IMG/VR virus record: IMGVR_UViG_3300033149_003373
Location: 1-58,320 of that record
DNA: 58,320 bases
DNA from: a virus
Taxonomy: Duplodnaviria > Caudoviricetes
Reading direction: 5' to 3' (one strand)
Position 1 is the first letter of the stretch, and every line of letters begins with the position of its first letter. The translations under genes were made by a program, and so were the position numbers. The notes under the pieces are model-generated. The model saw nothing but the letters and a program-made list of their open reading frames with translations, was not told the DNA's origin and made no database searches. This document shows positions 34,490 through 45,004 of this stretch, piece after piece.

Positions 34490-35221
34490 TCAACCTATAT
34501 ATTTCCATTCTCCTCTATAATCTTTTTTATATTTTGGAGTTAATTTGCCTTTTGGGTGCCTTATTTTTGGGTTTCTGTGTTGTATATCAATATCATGGTA
34601 TCCACGAATTGAAGGATGTTTGTGTTGTCTTGCTATTTCCCCACTTCTTTTTTGATAGAATTTTACTCCTGTTCCTGCTGCTGCACCACCAATTAACAAT
34701 GAAGCCAATACTGTAATTATCAATGTTTCTAATCCTTGTTCTGGACATTCACCATCTGGACAAACATCACAAACATCACAAACATCACAATCTTCACATA
34801 TAGGCTTTTCTGGAGCAGTTACATCTATATTACATTTATCATCTTTTATTATTAATCTTTCTCCATAATCAAGTGTTTTTAGAACACTACATGGAATATC
34901 AAAAGAAAAATACTGAACTGGTGGAGGAGCACCTAAATATGTAAATTCTTTAATAAAATCTTGTGATGTAACTCTAAAAGTATCTCCTTCTGAATATTTA
35001 GATATAGTGTTTGCCCAGTCTACATTATATTCACATCCATCATTTGTTAATCCTGATAATGTTTCTCCTGTTCTTGTATTTGTAATAGATACTACTACAC
35101 CTGAACATGGTTCAGATACTATTTTAGCTACTATAGGTAATGGGGTCATTAAAGCAAAAGATATCGAACCCATTGCTAAAACTAACATAAACATTGTTAA
35201 TATCTTGTATCCATTTTTCAT
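34490..35221 (-). CDS. Type I membrane protein with Cys-rich stalk
   Basis: Signal peptide, same beta domain, CEDCDVCDVCDVCPDGECP, TM helix, basic His-rich tail. Confidence 0.7.
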   Translation of the reverse strand: MKNGYKILTMFMLVLAMGSISFALMTPLPIVAKIVSEPCSGVVVSITNTRTGETLSGLTNDGCEYNVDWANTISKYSEGDTFRVTSQDFIKEFTYLGAPPPVQYFSFDIPCSVLKTLDYGERLIIKDDKCNIDVTAPEKPICEDCDVCDVCDVCPDGECPEQGLETLIITVLASLLIGGAAAGTGVKFYQKRSGEIARQHKHPSIRGYHDIDIQHRNPKIRHPKGKLTPKYKKDYRGEWKYIG

Positions 35222-35231
35222 CTAATCACCA

Positions 35232-37379
35232 TTAATCTCCTACAGGTTTTGTTATTTCATAATTTGCTGTTATATTCATCATATTTACCCATACTGCTCT
35301 TCCTTTTGGAACTGATGTTTCATTCCAATATGTAAATCCACATCTATGACTGTAATATTTTGATTCATTAGCTGCTGGGAATGTCCAATATTTATCTCCT
35401 GTTTTTTCATTACAAAAGTCCATTAAACGTATAGTATTATTGAAAAATCCTACTTGATTCCATCCACCATTTGTTATATTTGAAAGATTATATGATACTG
35501 TTGTGTCACCAAGACCAACATATCTAATTAAATTTGCTGTACTGTTTACATATACATATATTGCATCCCCTTCTCTTACTTTTGTTGCCTGACCTGTTGC
35601 AGTTCCTTTAATCCATGATGTATAATTTCCTGCTGTGTTATTATATATTGATACATGAGTTATATAATAACTGTAATTTCCAATTCCCCCAAGAGTTGTA
35701 TTATGTTGAGCCATTATTAGATTCCATGAGTTTGCTACAAGAGTTACTTTAGTCCAGTTTGAATAATTTAATGCACTTGAAACACTATTTGCAGAGTCAT
35801 TTACTCTTGTTTCTACTTTAAATGCACCTTCTCCATGAACCATGTCTGATGTAATGTCAAATGAACAAGTCCTATTTGCACTTGCAGTCTCGTTGAATGT
35901 AGCACTGCTTGAATTGTAAACTCTTGTTCCCTGAGTTCCGTATATTGTTATTGAACATCCATCTACAAATGAAAGTGCGTCTGAATATACTATGCTTATA
36001 TTTCCAGTCATGTCTGTACCATTCCAATTAGTATAATTCAAACTTGCAACATTATTATATGTTGGTCCTGTTCCATCAACAAGAAGATTTACTATTGTCA
36101 TATTTCTTCTAATATCAGCACCATTACTGAACTCAATTGTTATGTTATGTCTTGCATTATTTGTTAATGTTATATTGAAAAGGGTTTTAGTATTGTTCAA
36201 GATAGTTGTATTTAGGGTAACTATTCTTGTAGTTCCACTGTCAGAAAAGACTTGAATAGTTATATTTCCATATTGACTACTATTTGCCTGAACAACAATT
36301 TCTGGAGTAGTGTCAGATGTATTTGTTCCATTTAATGGAGATATTAATGTATAAGTAAAACTGCTTATGTTTATAAGAACTGTACTCGAATTTGTACTTT
36401 GTGGTACAAAAACATCATCAACTACTTCTGCTGTTACATACCAAGTTCCATGCCTTAAATCGGTTCCAGATAAATTGAAATGTGTCTCTGTTCCATTTAG
36501 TATAGTTGTATTATGGCTTAAAATTACTTCAGATGTATTTCCTCTTCTTACATATATTGTTAATGTTAGATTTGTATCTTCTGTATCATTAGCAGATATT
36601 CTAATTTCTGGTGTTTGGTCTGTAGTGTTTGTGTTATTTACAGGATAAGTTATAGATACTACTGGTGGGTCTGTATCTATATTTAACCTTCGTGCTGATG
36701 CATTAAATAACAAATCTGCACTATCACCAAATTCAACTATAATATCATATGTTCCATTACCTAGTGCTGTCATGTTAAAACTCGTTTCAGTTCCATTTAG
36801 TATTGATGTATCAATTATGGCTTGAACAGTTCCACCTTTATTTGTATAGAATGTAAGAGAAATATTAGTCAAAAATGTACTATTTGCACTTACTTTGATT
36901 TCAGGAGTGAAATCAGTTGTATTTGTATTATTTACAGGATTTGATATGATATAATCATATATTTGTCCAAGTGTTACTGTATAATTACCAAGTGTTTGAT
37001 TAGCTCCTAAAGAAGATGTATTTATTCCTGTAACAACCCATTCAAATGTGCCATTTCCTAAACCAGTTACATTAAAAGAAGCATAATGTGCTGTTGCATC
37101 TGTACCATTTACAACCATTGGAAAATCTCCAGAATTTCCATCTCCAGAAATATTATAAACTTTAAGAATAGGAATAGAAATCAATGATTCATTTGATGTG
37201 AAATTTACATTAAAATAACCGTCATTTCCATCTGTTGAATAATTGCTTAAATTCGCAGGACTAGGAGAAACTGCTGCTAGAGTAATTCCAGCACCAGCAA
37301 ATGATAAACTTACAAAGAAAGCTAAAACTACTACAGTAATACCGAACATTAAATAAGCGGGGACGATTTTTCCTTTCAT
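35232..37379 (-). CDS. Secreted Ig-like-repeat glycoprotein (S-layer/adhesin-like)
   Basis: Signal peptide; three repeats of P.N.TNT.D.TPEI...ILN.T.T.FN; more than 40 NxS/T sequons by manual count. Confidence 0.75.
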   Translation of the reverse strand: MKGKIVPAYLMFGITVVVLAFFVSLSFAGAGITLAAVSPSPANLSNYSTDGNDGYFNVNFTSNESLISIPILKVYNISGDGNSGDFPMVVNGTDATAHYASFNVTGLGNGTFEWVVTGINTSSLGANQTLGNYTVTLGQIYDYIISNPVNNTNTTDFTPEIKVSANSTFLTNISLTFYTNKGGTVQAIIDTSILNGTETSFNMTALGNGTYDIIVEFGDSADLLFNASARRLNIDTDPPVVSITYPVNNTNTTDQTPEIRISANDTEDTNLTLTIYVRRGNTSEVILSHNTTILNGTETHFNLSGTDLRHGTWYVTAEVVDDVFVPQSTNSSTVLINISSFTYTLISPLNGTNTSDTTPEIVVQANSSQYGNITIQVFSDSGTTRIVTLNTTILNNTKTLFNITLTNNARHNITIEFSNGADIRRNMTIVNLLVDGTGPTYNNVASLNYTNWNGTDMTGNISIVYSDALSFVDGCSITIYGTQGTRVYNSSSATFNETASANRTCSFDITSDMVHGEGAFKVETRVNDSANSVSSALNYSNWTKVTLVANSWNLIMAQHNTTLGGIGNYSYYITHVSIYNNTAGNYTSWIKGTATGQATKVREGDAIYVYVNSTANLIRYVGLGDTTVSYNLSNITNGGWNQVGFFNNTIRLMDFCNEKTGDKYWTFPAANESKYYSHRCGFTYWNETSVPKGRAVWVNMMNITANYEITKPVGD

Positions 37380-37391
37380 CTATATCCCTCC

Positions 37392-37808
37392 TTATCGGTG
37401 TTTAACGTATTCTATATATGCTACGACCCCTGGCATGTTTGCACCTGAATTGTTCTCAAATTTTTCAAACGTAAGTGTATCGCCTGCATTTAACTTGTTA
37501 TTGCTTACAGAACCGAAGTCTATGAAGTCAAATTGTGACGCATCTACTCCACTTGAGAAAGTCTTTGTCACAATTACTGCAGTTCCACTTCCGTCTGGAC
37601 CTTTGTTTTTGAATCTTAGTCCAAAGTTGTCGGTTGCTGCTCCTGTTACATCGTCATCAAAAATGACGCCACATCTTACTATTTTGCAGGCAAATGGTGC
37701 TGCCCAAAAAGCATATTCATCTTTATTTGTTGCTGTTAGAGCTGAAAAACCTTGAGTTGTTGTTCTGGCAAATCCATACCAAAATCTTCCTTTGTTTTTT
37801 ACTGCCAT
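37392..37808 (-). CDS. Putative capsid decoration/cement protein
   Basis: Directly after capsid gene; AP..CKI...L.AGDTLTF beta-jelly-roll-like pattern. Confidence 0.45.
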   Translation of the reverse strand: MAVKNKGRFWYGFARTTTQGFSALTATNKDEYAFWAAPFACKIVRCGVIFDDDVTGAATDNFGLRFKNKGPDGSGTAVIVTKTFSSGVDASQFDFIDFGSVSNNKLNAGDTLTFEKFENNSGANMPGVVAYIEYVKHR

Positions 37809-37916
37809 TTATTTTACCTCTTGTATATTCTAAAGACTAAAAAGTCTTATTGGGATTAAAAAAATATATCCCGAAACAAAAAACATTACTTTTTTCGTTA
37901 TTCTATTTTTTCCAAT

Positions 37917-40088
37917 TTATTCATCTGAAACTACCATTCTAGCGATTGCATCAGCATGTATTGCAGATGATGCATATGCCATAGACAATTTCATTCGGAC
38001 TTGGTCAGTTGATGGGAAGTCAAATACAGTTATCTGAGGTTTCAAGCCAAAGACTTGAGCACTGCAAACTCCTGCTTTTACCATTCCACAAAGATGTCCT
38101 GTGACATCCATTGTTACATTGCTTCCAGCAACATCAATATATGTATTTGTTGTTGCGTCAAATCCAGGAACCTTAGTTGTGCTTACAACTTTTACGTCAA
38201 GGTATTTGCCAATTTCTCCGTTCAGAACTACTTCATTACTTCCGTATTCTGCTGCGTTTGTAAATTGTGTTTCGTTCTGAAGTGCTTCTTCCTGCTCTGG
38301 TGCCATGAAGAAGACGAATGGCTCTCCTGGTGTTGGTTCCCATGCATTCTTTGCTGTTCCAGACAGTGTCCATGTGTTTGAGTTCCAGTAATAACCTCTT
38401 GTTGACATCAAAAGTCTTCTTGCTTTCTTGAACATCTCTGTTGTTAGGATGTCTCCTGAGTCAAGGCTACTGTTTGCATTTGTTGCATCTCCACCAAATA
38501 TTGTTTGTGCACCTCTTACAGTGTTTGTCATTGCTGTAGGTTCGGTGGCTGTTCCAGACGTTGCTGTTCCAAGAACTGCATCTCTTATGTTTGAATCTAT
38601 TGAGTTTTCGTGTTTGTATGCTAATTCTTCTCTCATATACTGGATTTGGTTAAGGGCACTTGTTCTTATTGCATGGTTGGATATTGCAATACCATAGTTC
38701 AGTCTTGTTGGAGTTATTTTCTTGCCGTCTGCTGTATCTGGGTCTGTCCAATCTATCTCGCTTCCAGCAGCAAATTCTGCTGTTGAAGATTCCCAGCTTG
38801 AGTCATCCAGATATGTTGTCCTATAAGGAACTACTATTTCGTTATTTCCAGTAGGAATTGTATACTGAGTGGCTACTTGTGCAAATCTCATCCTTTCTTT
38901 TGCTGCATCAATTGCCTTTCTTAGGAATTGAATTGGCTGTAATGGATAAGTTGCTGCAGAAAACTGAGTACCTCTTACAGTTGATGTTGTAGTTGCTGTA
39001 GCAGATAGTTCAAAGTTTCTTAGTCCGAGTGGGTTTGTCTTAGGTTGCATACTGAGTTCAAGAACAATAGGAGAACTAAGTCCTCCGCCTTGTAGATACT
39101 CTAACATTCCAACATCTACATCTTCATATCCTGTTGCATTTACTTTTGTTGGAGGAGTTGCTTCTGGATTCATGGAAACTTTGTTTCCTTTTTCTCTTGC
39201 AGCAAGTTTTTGTTCTACAATTTTCTCGATATTTTTCTCATTCTGCATTAGATTCCACGCCTTAAGAACTTCTTTGAATGAAGCATCTGGGTGTGCCTTT
39301 AAGAAGGAATTAGCAAAAGAAGAATAATCAGAACTTAACATGCCGTTTTCTTCAAACTTTTTTATCATTTCAGCGTGTTTTATTCTATTTTCTTCTGCAT
39401 CGTAATCTCTTTTAGATTTGCTGCTAACAACTTCAACTTTAGGTTGAAGTGCCTCTTTAGTTTCCTCAGTTTTTGGTTCCTCAGCCTTTGGTTCTTCAGG
39501 TTTTGGTTCTGGCTTTGGTTCCTCTTTTGGTTCTTCAGGTGTGGTTTCTGGTGTTTCGCTAGGCTGTTCGTCTAATTTTTCTGTGTTCATTATATCACCT
39601 ATATTTTGCCTAAGTATGAAAAAAGTGTTTGGAATTAAATCTACTCCTTTTTGTACTTTTGATGAATTTAGAAATGTTGTCTGACATGCTGGTTCAACAA
39701 CAAGAGACCAATTTTCAATACTAAAATTCTTTACACTTCCATTACTTCCTTTTCCAAGTATCTTCGGGCTTATTCCAAATTTTGCTCCAAGAAGAAGTGC
39801 TTTTTGTGCTTCTGAATTTGAAATTAATAAATCACCAATAATTGAATTTTCATCTAAACGAGGATTTTCTACTTTTCCTATGAAGTTTTTAGCTAATGTA
39901 TCCTGATGGTCAAAATAAAGATACCTTGTTTTTTCATTATCCCAGTCAGTTCTTTTGAAAGCTTCTGAAAGTTCATAATCATCATAAAACCAATCATTCC
40001 ATACTCCGCTTGACATTATTGGATGATTCTTTATTTTAAGAACTTGAATTCCATTTATATTTTCCAAACTAAATTTTCTATTATTCAT
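37917..40088 (-). CDS. Prohead protease - scaffold - major capsid protein fusion (HK97 fold)
   Basis: N-term SSGVWN, LYFDH, FGISP, WSLVVEPAC (protease-like); PEEPK-rich linker; C-term FFMAPEQ...LNGEIGKYLDVKVV capsid motif. Confidence 0.85.
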   Translation of the reverse strand: MNNRKFSLENINGIQVLKIKNHPIMSSGVWNDWFYDDYELSEAFKRTDWDNEKTRYLYFDHQDTLAKNFIGKVENPRLDENSIIGDLLISNSEAQKALLLGAKFGISPKILGKGSNGSVKNFSIENWSLVVEPACQTTFLNSSKVQKGVDLIPNTFFILRQNIGDIMNTEKLDEQPSETPETTPEEPKEEPKPEPKPEEPKAEEPKTEETKEALQPKVEVVSSKSKRDYDAEENRIKHAEMIKKFEENGMLSSDYSSFANSFLKAHPDASFKEVLKAWNLMQNEKNIEKIVEQKLAAREKGNKVSMNPEATPPTKVNATGYEDVDVGMLEYLQGGGLSSPIVLELSMQPKTNPLGLRNFELSATATTTSTVRGTQFSAATYPLQPIQFLRKAIDAAKERMRFAQVATQYTIPTGNNEIVVPYRTTYLDDSSWESSTAEFAAGSEIDWTDPDTADGKKITPTRLNYGIAISNHAIRTSALNQIQYMREELAYKHENSIDSNIRDAVLGTATSGTATEPTAMTNTVRGAQTIFGGDATNANSSLDSGDILTTEMFKKARRLLMSTRGYYWNSNTWTLSGTAKNAWEPTPGEPFVFFMAPEQEEALQNETQFTNAAEYGSNEVVLNGEIGKYLDVKVVSTTKVPGFDATTNTYIDVAGSNVTMDVTGHLCGMVKAGVCSAQVFGLKPQITVFDFPSTDQVRMKLSMAYASSAIHADAIARMVVSDE

Positions 40089-40154
40089 ATAAGAATATTA
40101 CCTTAAGTTGTTCTTATATGTAACATTATTCCTTTGTTTATTTAAAAAATATAA

Positions 40155-41081
40155 TTATACAGGATGATTAGAACTCATTTTCTCTAAATAGTTATAAACT
40201 GTTTTCATGCTTAGGTTTAGTTTTTTACTTATATGTTTTATAGAGCACGTTTTTCTTAAATTATATATTTCTTCCATTTGCTCTATATTTAATTTTGGCA
40301 TTGCACCTGGTCTTAAGAATTTTACAAATTTCCATTTATTATTAGAATCTTTATAAAGTCTGAAATATCCTTCTATTGAAAAATTTCTAGATGATTTTAA
40401 AACAAGTATAATTCTATTTTCTCCAAATGAAGATACTGAGTAAATTCCATTTGATAATATTTTATATTCTCCATCTTTGTTTAATCCTTCAAAAAACATC
40501 CATTCTTTTGACTGAGGATGTTTAAACATGATATTATCATTTTCTTCGGATATTGCTATTCCTTCAACCATTCCGTCAAGATTATTATTTTCAAATATTT
40601 CTCTTGCGTTTTCATAACTCATTATTTTTTTAGAAAAGTCTTTTGGTATGAATAATCTCAAATCTTTATGAGTAGTATTATCTTTTTTATGTTCTTGAAT
40701 AACAAAAGGCATCCATAATTTATGCTTATGTATTTCTCTTATTTTGTTAAATAAGTTTTTTGAAACATCTATAGAATCTGTTTCATTTCCTTCTCGTTTT
40801 AAATTGAATATTCTTATTTCAGTAAAAACGACAGAATCAGAAGAATCTAAATTTTTAATTATGCATGAATTTATGTTATTAAGTTCAAATATAGATGAAA
40901 AGGTTTTTTTAAGTTCTTCTTTTTTAAATACCAGACTATATGGTGCTGGAAGTATATTTTCGTCATATTTTAATTTATTAAGAAAAACAACATCATCTTT
41001 CTTTAGAAAGTTTCTTTTTTTGAGTTCAAGATTACAAACAATTCTTTTTTTGAGTTCAAGATTTATTGTATCATTCAGCAT
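40155..41081 (-). CDS. Degenerate ligase C-part + LigD phosphoesterase-like domain + HTH
   Basis: FVIQEHKKDNTTHKDLRL, HPQSKEWMFFEG, ILSNGIY...EGYFRL...WKFVK; C-term IKHISKKLNLSMKTVYNYL. Confidence 0.6.
   Translation of the reverse strand: MLNDTINLELKKRIVCNLELKKRNFLKKDDVVFLNKLKYDENILPAPYSLVFKKEELKKTFSSIFELNNINSCIIKNLDSSDSVVFTEIRIFNLKREGNETDSIDVSKNLFNKIREIHKHKLWMPFVIQEHKKDNTTHKDLRLFIPKDFSKKIMSYENAREIFENNNLDGMVEGIAISEENDNIMFKHPQSKEWMFFEGLNKDGEYKILSNGIYSVSSFGENRIILVLKSSRNFSIEGYFRLYKDSNNKWKFVKFLRPGAMPKLNIEQMEEIYNLRKTCSIKHISKKLNLSMKTVYNYLEKMSSNHPV
41012..41063. repeat. 22-bp direct repeat with 30-bp period (NLELKKR twice)
   Basis: TTCTTTTTTTGAGTTCAAGATT at 41012-41033 and 41042-41063. Confidence 0.9.
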
Positions 41082-41913
41082 TTTTATCACCTATAGATTC
41101 TAATGTAGTTGTATCAGCCTGTTTTATTACAATTTGAGATAATTCATTTAGAAGGGTTTCTAGTTTTTCTATTTTTTCATTTGTCTTTTCAAATATGGTA
41201 TTGAAAGTATTGTTTTTAGAAATATTCATTAATTTAATTTCATCTAATTTCTCTTTAAGGAGAGTTTTCTGCTCAGTTGATATTTTACCAGATAATGAAA
41301 ATATTTCTTTATTTATTTCATTTATATTTTCATTTACCTTTTCTTTCATATCTGTAATTTCATTAGTATATTTCTGCATCTGATTAGGTCTTTCTTCCAT
41401 TAATACTTTCATCATTAAAACATCCTTCTTTATTTTACCTGTCATTGAAGACAAATCATTAATTGTTCCAATATTTTCAATTGATATAGAATCTATTTTA
41501 GTTTTAAGATTTGATATTGCATCTATTATATTTTTCTTTTCATCAGTTGTCCATATATCCTTTATTATTGTTTTTCCACTTACAACAGGTCCTCCTGAAG
41601 CTGCTCTTTTAAAGAAATTCATTCTTACTACCTGAAATGATTCAGAACCAACAGCACTTGTTCCATCAGAATATGATGCAGAAAATTTGGCAATATAATT
41701 TGTTTCATCTGAATTAGCAGCTACAAAATGTTCATAATAATAAAGAGTTCCAGAAACTTGAGTCATATTTTCACTAGATACATCATTAATTACAGAATTA
41801 TTGAAATGATAAATATCTATAGTCGGAGTTCCAGATATAGTTGCTTCTTCCCCATTTTGTGCAAGAAAATGTGCATACAAAACTATTTTTGAATTTCGTT
41901 CAACTATTGTCAT
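41071..41913 (-). CDS. Beta-sandwich plus coiled-coil hypothetical protein
   Basis: GTPTIDIY...MTQVSGTLYYY N-domain; heptad-rich C-half. Confidence 0.6.
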   Translation of the reverse strand: MTIVERNSKIVLYAHFLAQNGEEATISGTPTIDIYHFNNSVINDVSSENMTQVSGTLYYYEHFVAANSDETNYIAKFSASYSDGTSAVGSESFQVVRMNFFKRAASGGPVVSGKTIIKDIWTTDEKKNIIDAISNLKTKIDSISIENIGTINDLSSMTGKIKKDVLMMKVLMEERPNQMQKYTNEITDMKEKVNENINEINKEIFSLSGKISTEQKTLLKEKLDEIKLMNISKNNTFNTIFEKTNEKIEKLETLLNELSQIVIKQADTTTLESIGDKNAE

Positions 41914-42269
41914 ATTAATTCACCATAAGTTGACATCCTGCTTCCAAATCTGCAAACTGAATCATGTAGTTTTCCTTCGCATACCCAATCCCTGCCATCT
42001 TTAATTATCACATTGTCTGGTATGAATGGCTTGTCATCTTTCACATACACTAATTCCTTCCATCCTGTCTTGCAGTAATCCCAGCTTGTCTTTTCCTGAT
42101 TCAGATAACATCTCGTACCTGCTCCATCGCTTAATTCAAAGCAGAATCGTTTTGTTTCTTCTGCTTCACAATAATGCGTCATGTCTGGTTGCATCCCTCC
42201 AAATACTGACACAACCAATGCTATTGATAATGGAATGAATGCATATTTCTGAATCTTTTCTCTATCCAT
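41910..42269 (-). CDS. Membrane-anchored Cys-rich protein
   Basis: N-terminal hydrophobic helix; paralog of 33590..33805. Confidence 0.7.
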   Translation of the reverse strand: MDREKIQKYAFIPLSIALVVSVFGGMQPDMTHYCEAEETKRFCFELSDGAGTRCYLNQEKTSWDYCKTGWKELVYVKDDKPFIPDNVIIKDGRDWVCEGKLHDSVCRFGSRMSTYGELI

Positions 42270-45004
42270 TATACAACACCACCGCTTGAATATAATTTTT
42301 TGTAGATTGGCATTCTGCTTGTTTCTATTGACTTATTAACTGTTTGATTTCCTTCCATGACTTCCGTTGTTTTGTACGTTACGTTATAAGATGTCAATAC
42401 TTTTTTGTCTAAACATTCTTTTGCATTTTCCTTAAATTTCCATTCATAACCTAATCCATTAAAATGAAGATATGAGAGAACTACTTTGCCATTATCTGCT
42501 TCTATACAAATTTGAGTTTCATTCTTGTCTGATGCCAAGAAAGCATGAGGAGAATTTGCCTGTAATGCTCCGTAATAAACTGTACCTGAAACGTTTGCAT
42601 TTCCTACGACTTGTAGTTTTTGATTTGGAGTAGATGTGCCGATACCAACACTTCCTGTTGGTTGTAAAATAATGTCTCCTGTACCTGTTATTATTGACCT
42701 ATCATCAGTAAACTCGTGATACATATTAAGATATTTATCAACAGCAGAAGCTGAACGTGGATAAACGAAAATCCCACCTCCTCCTGAATTGTATGCTTTG
42801 ACATACAAAGAAGGATAGTCACCTGCTTCTGAACTATCGCCAATATAAACATCACTGGCAACATCACCAGCGTCAATAATGAGATTTCCTCCATCCCCTA
42901 AATAATAACCATCTCGTGTCAAAATCTTTCCACCAACATCAAGTGCTACTGATGGGTTATTTGTCAAAATGCCTACAGTACTGGTTGAACCTTTTAATCT
43001 TAATAAATTCAAACCTGAATCATGTCCTTGTTCTACTGTAAATACAGACTTATCTGTAGAAAAATCATATATTTCAAAATCCATTCCTGTTCCTGCATTG
43101 CCAAATGCCCAATCCTGTGTGTTATTGGTTTTGAACAAGAATGTATATGCGTTGTTACTCGTAAGCCGATTAAATTCAATTAAACTTCCAAGTGTAGTAC
43201 TTTCTAATTTAATAGTAACAGTACCAGCTTTTTTGAGATGTAATAATTCAGTTGGAGTTGTTGTTCCGATGCCGACGTTACCTGCTGAAACAATGAGACC
43301 ACCTGCTGTTACATTAAGTCCGTTCTGGAATGTTCCGAATGTTCCTATTAATGCACCAGAAAGAGTTCCACCTGTCAAGTTTAGTTTTTGACCAGATAAT
43401 GCAAGAAATGTGTTGTTGTTTCCTGTTATCAGTGTTGTCACTGTTGTGTTATCCGCTCCTTGTTTTGTTTCTAAAGCTTCTATCTGTTCTTTTTGTGTTA
43501 CGTTGTCTGATATGACTCTTCCTGTGATATTTATGTTGTCAATAAATAAACTTCCCCATAGCCTCATCAGTCCGTTTACAAATACGTTTGTCACATTAAT
43601 GAATCCAGTTACGTTTACATTTCCTAATACTGTAAGCTTTTCCACTCCTGTCTTAGTTCCTATTGATACAGTTACTCCTGATGTGTCATTATAATTTACT
43701 GTGCCTGTTTTAGCCCACAGATTAAGAGCTGTCTGTGTTGTATTTTCAGATAGCCATGCTGCGTTTGTCATAAATATTGAAGTGTCTATACTTGCACCAT
43801 AACCGAATACTCCTGTTCTCAAGTCAATGAAACCATCCTGCCATGCTGAATCGTCTCTTCTTCCACAATAGGCATGGTGAATAACTGCAACATTATCTTC
43901 TTCTGATGGAAGCGTGAAGCTCAATGGATTGGTTTCTATGTTCATGCATCTTGCAAGTGTTGTGTATGTCTCGCTGTCAAGTGGTGCTAACTCATGCATT
44001 CTTGTGTGAACTCCCCATCCAATAGAGTAAATCAGATACCTTCTGTATTTATTGTCAGAACATAGTGTCGTATCAATACCATCTGAACAGTCTGTCAGGT
44101 TTAGTCCTGTCTGGTTTGAGTGAGTCCAATCTCCACCAGATTGGTAAACGAAATGAAGCCCATCAAACTCTGTGTTCCTTGCCTGTGATGTAACTATCGC
44201 ATTTATATATAAGTAATTTCCTGATGTCTGATTTATGCTTGGAAACGTATTCTTTTTTACATCTAATCCATTTGTAATTTTCAGATTATTAAAATTCATA
44301 ACCACTTTTGTTCTTTGTGTATCTTTCAAATTCAATAATGCATTTCCTTTTAAAACTTCTATTTCTCCGTCATGTGTATAAACATCGAATATCCTGACAT
44401 GGTCTGGTGGGTTGATTGGCAAATCATAGTATGCACTGAATGTTGTGTTAAGAAAACTGCATGAGCTGTCCATATAATAGAGTTTATGTTTGTTGTCCTC
44501 AACAGTAACCGTGCCTTCTGTCAGGTTGCAGTATGTCGTGTTTCCGTCTATATTTACTATTCTCACTATCAGGTTTGGGTATCCTACTGAAAGACCTCCA
44601 CCGTTTGTTACGTTTACGCACCCACAGTTAAGTTTGTTTGACGAGCTGTATATGATTCCAGAACCTATACTTCCGTTTATTGGCTGTCCTGACAAGTAAC
44701 CATCAACTGTTAAATTTCCTGATATTCTTCCACCTGTTAGATTGAATTTTGTTCCGTCAACAGCATAAAGTGTTATGTTGTTTGAAGTGATTAAATTATT
44801 CTGGGTGGTATTATCTGACTCCTGTCTTTGAGTTATGTTTATTCCTTCTACCAGAAGTGTGCCTGACATTGACAAATTAGTAATTCCATATACGCTGTAA
44901 ATGTTCCTCAGCCACATATCTCCTTGTGGTGTAAATAACGATGCTGAAGCTGTTCCAGATGCCAATACAAACATCAGAATAAATGCTATTATTATTAATC
45001 TCAT
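42269..45004 (-). CDS. Signal-peptide-bearing fibre/adhesin-like protein
   Basis: MRLIIIAFILMFVLASGTASA signal; repeated (N/S)VGIGT.TP..L.V units; NxT-rich; visibly more GC-rich than flanks. Confidence 0.7.
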   Translation of the reverse strand: MRLIIIAFILMFVLASGTASASLFTPQGDMWLRNIYSVYGITNLSMSGTLLVEGINITQRQESDNTTQNNLITSNNITLYAVDGTKFNLTGGRISGNLTVDGYLSGQPINGSIGSGIIYSSSNKLNCGCVNVTNGGGLSVGYPNLIVRIVNIDGNTTYCNLTEGTVTVEDNKHKLYYMDSSCSFLNTTFSAYYDLPINPPDHVRIFDVYTHDGEIEVLKGNALLNLKDTQRTKVVMNFNNLKITNGLDVKKNTFPSINQTSGNYLYINAIVTSQARNTEFDGLHFVYQSGGDWTHSNQTGLNLTDCSDGIDTTLCSDNKYRRYLIYSIGWGVHTRMHELAPLDSETYTTLARCMNIETNPLSFTLPSEEDNVAVIHHAYCGRRDDSAWQDGFIDLRTGVFGYGASIDTSIFMTNAAWLSENTTQTALNLWAKTGTVNYNDTSGVTVSIGTKTGVEKLTVLGNVNVTGFINVTNVFVNGLMRLWGSLFIDNINITGRVISDNVTQKEQIEALETKQGADNTTVTTLITGNNNTFLALSGQKLNLTGGTLSGALIGTFGTFQNGLNVTAGGLIVSAGNVGIGTTTPTELLHLKKAGTVTIKLESTTLGSLIEFNRLTSNNAYTFLFKTNNTQDWAFGNAGTGMDFEIYDFSTDKSVFTVEQGHDSGLNLLRLKGSTSTVGILTNNPSVALDVGGKILTRDGYYLGDGGNLIIDAGDVASDVYIGDSSEAGDYPSLYVKAYNSGGGGIFVYPRSASAVDKYLNMYHEFTDDRSIITGTGDIILQPTGSVGIGTSTPNQKLQVVGNANVSGTVYYGALQANSPHAFLASDKNETQICIEADNGKVVLSYLHFNGLGYEWKFKENAKECLDKKVLTSYNVTYKTTEVMEGNQTVNKSIETSRMPIYKKLYSSGGVV

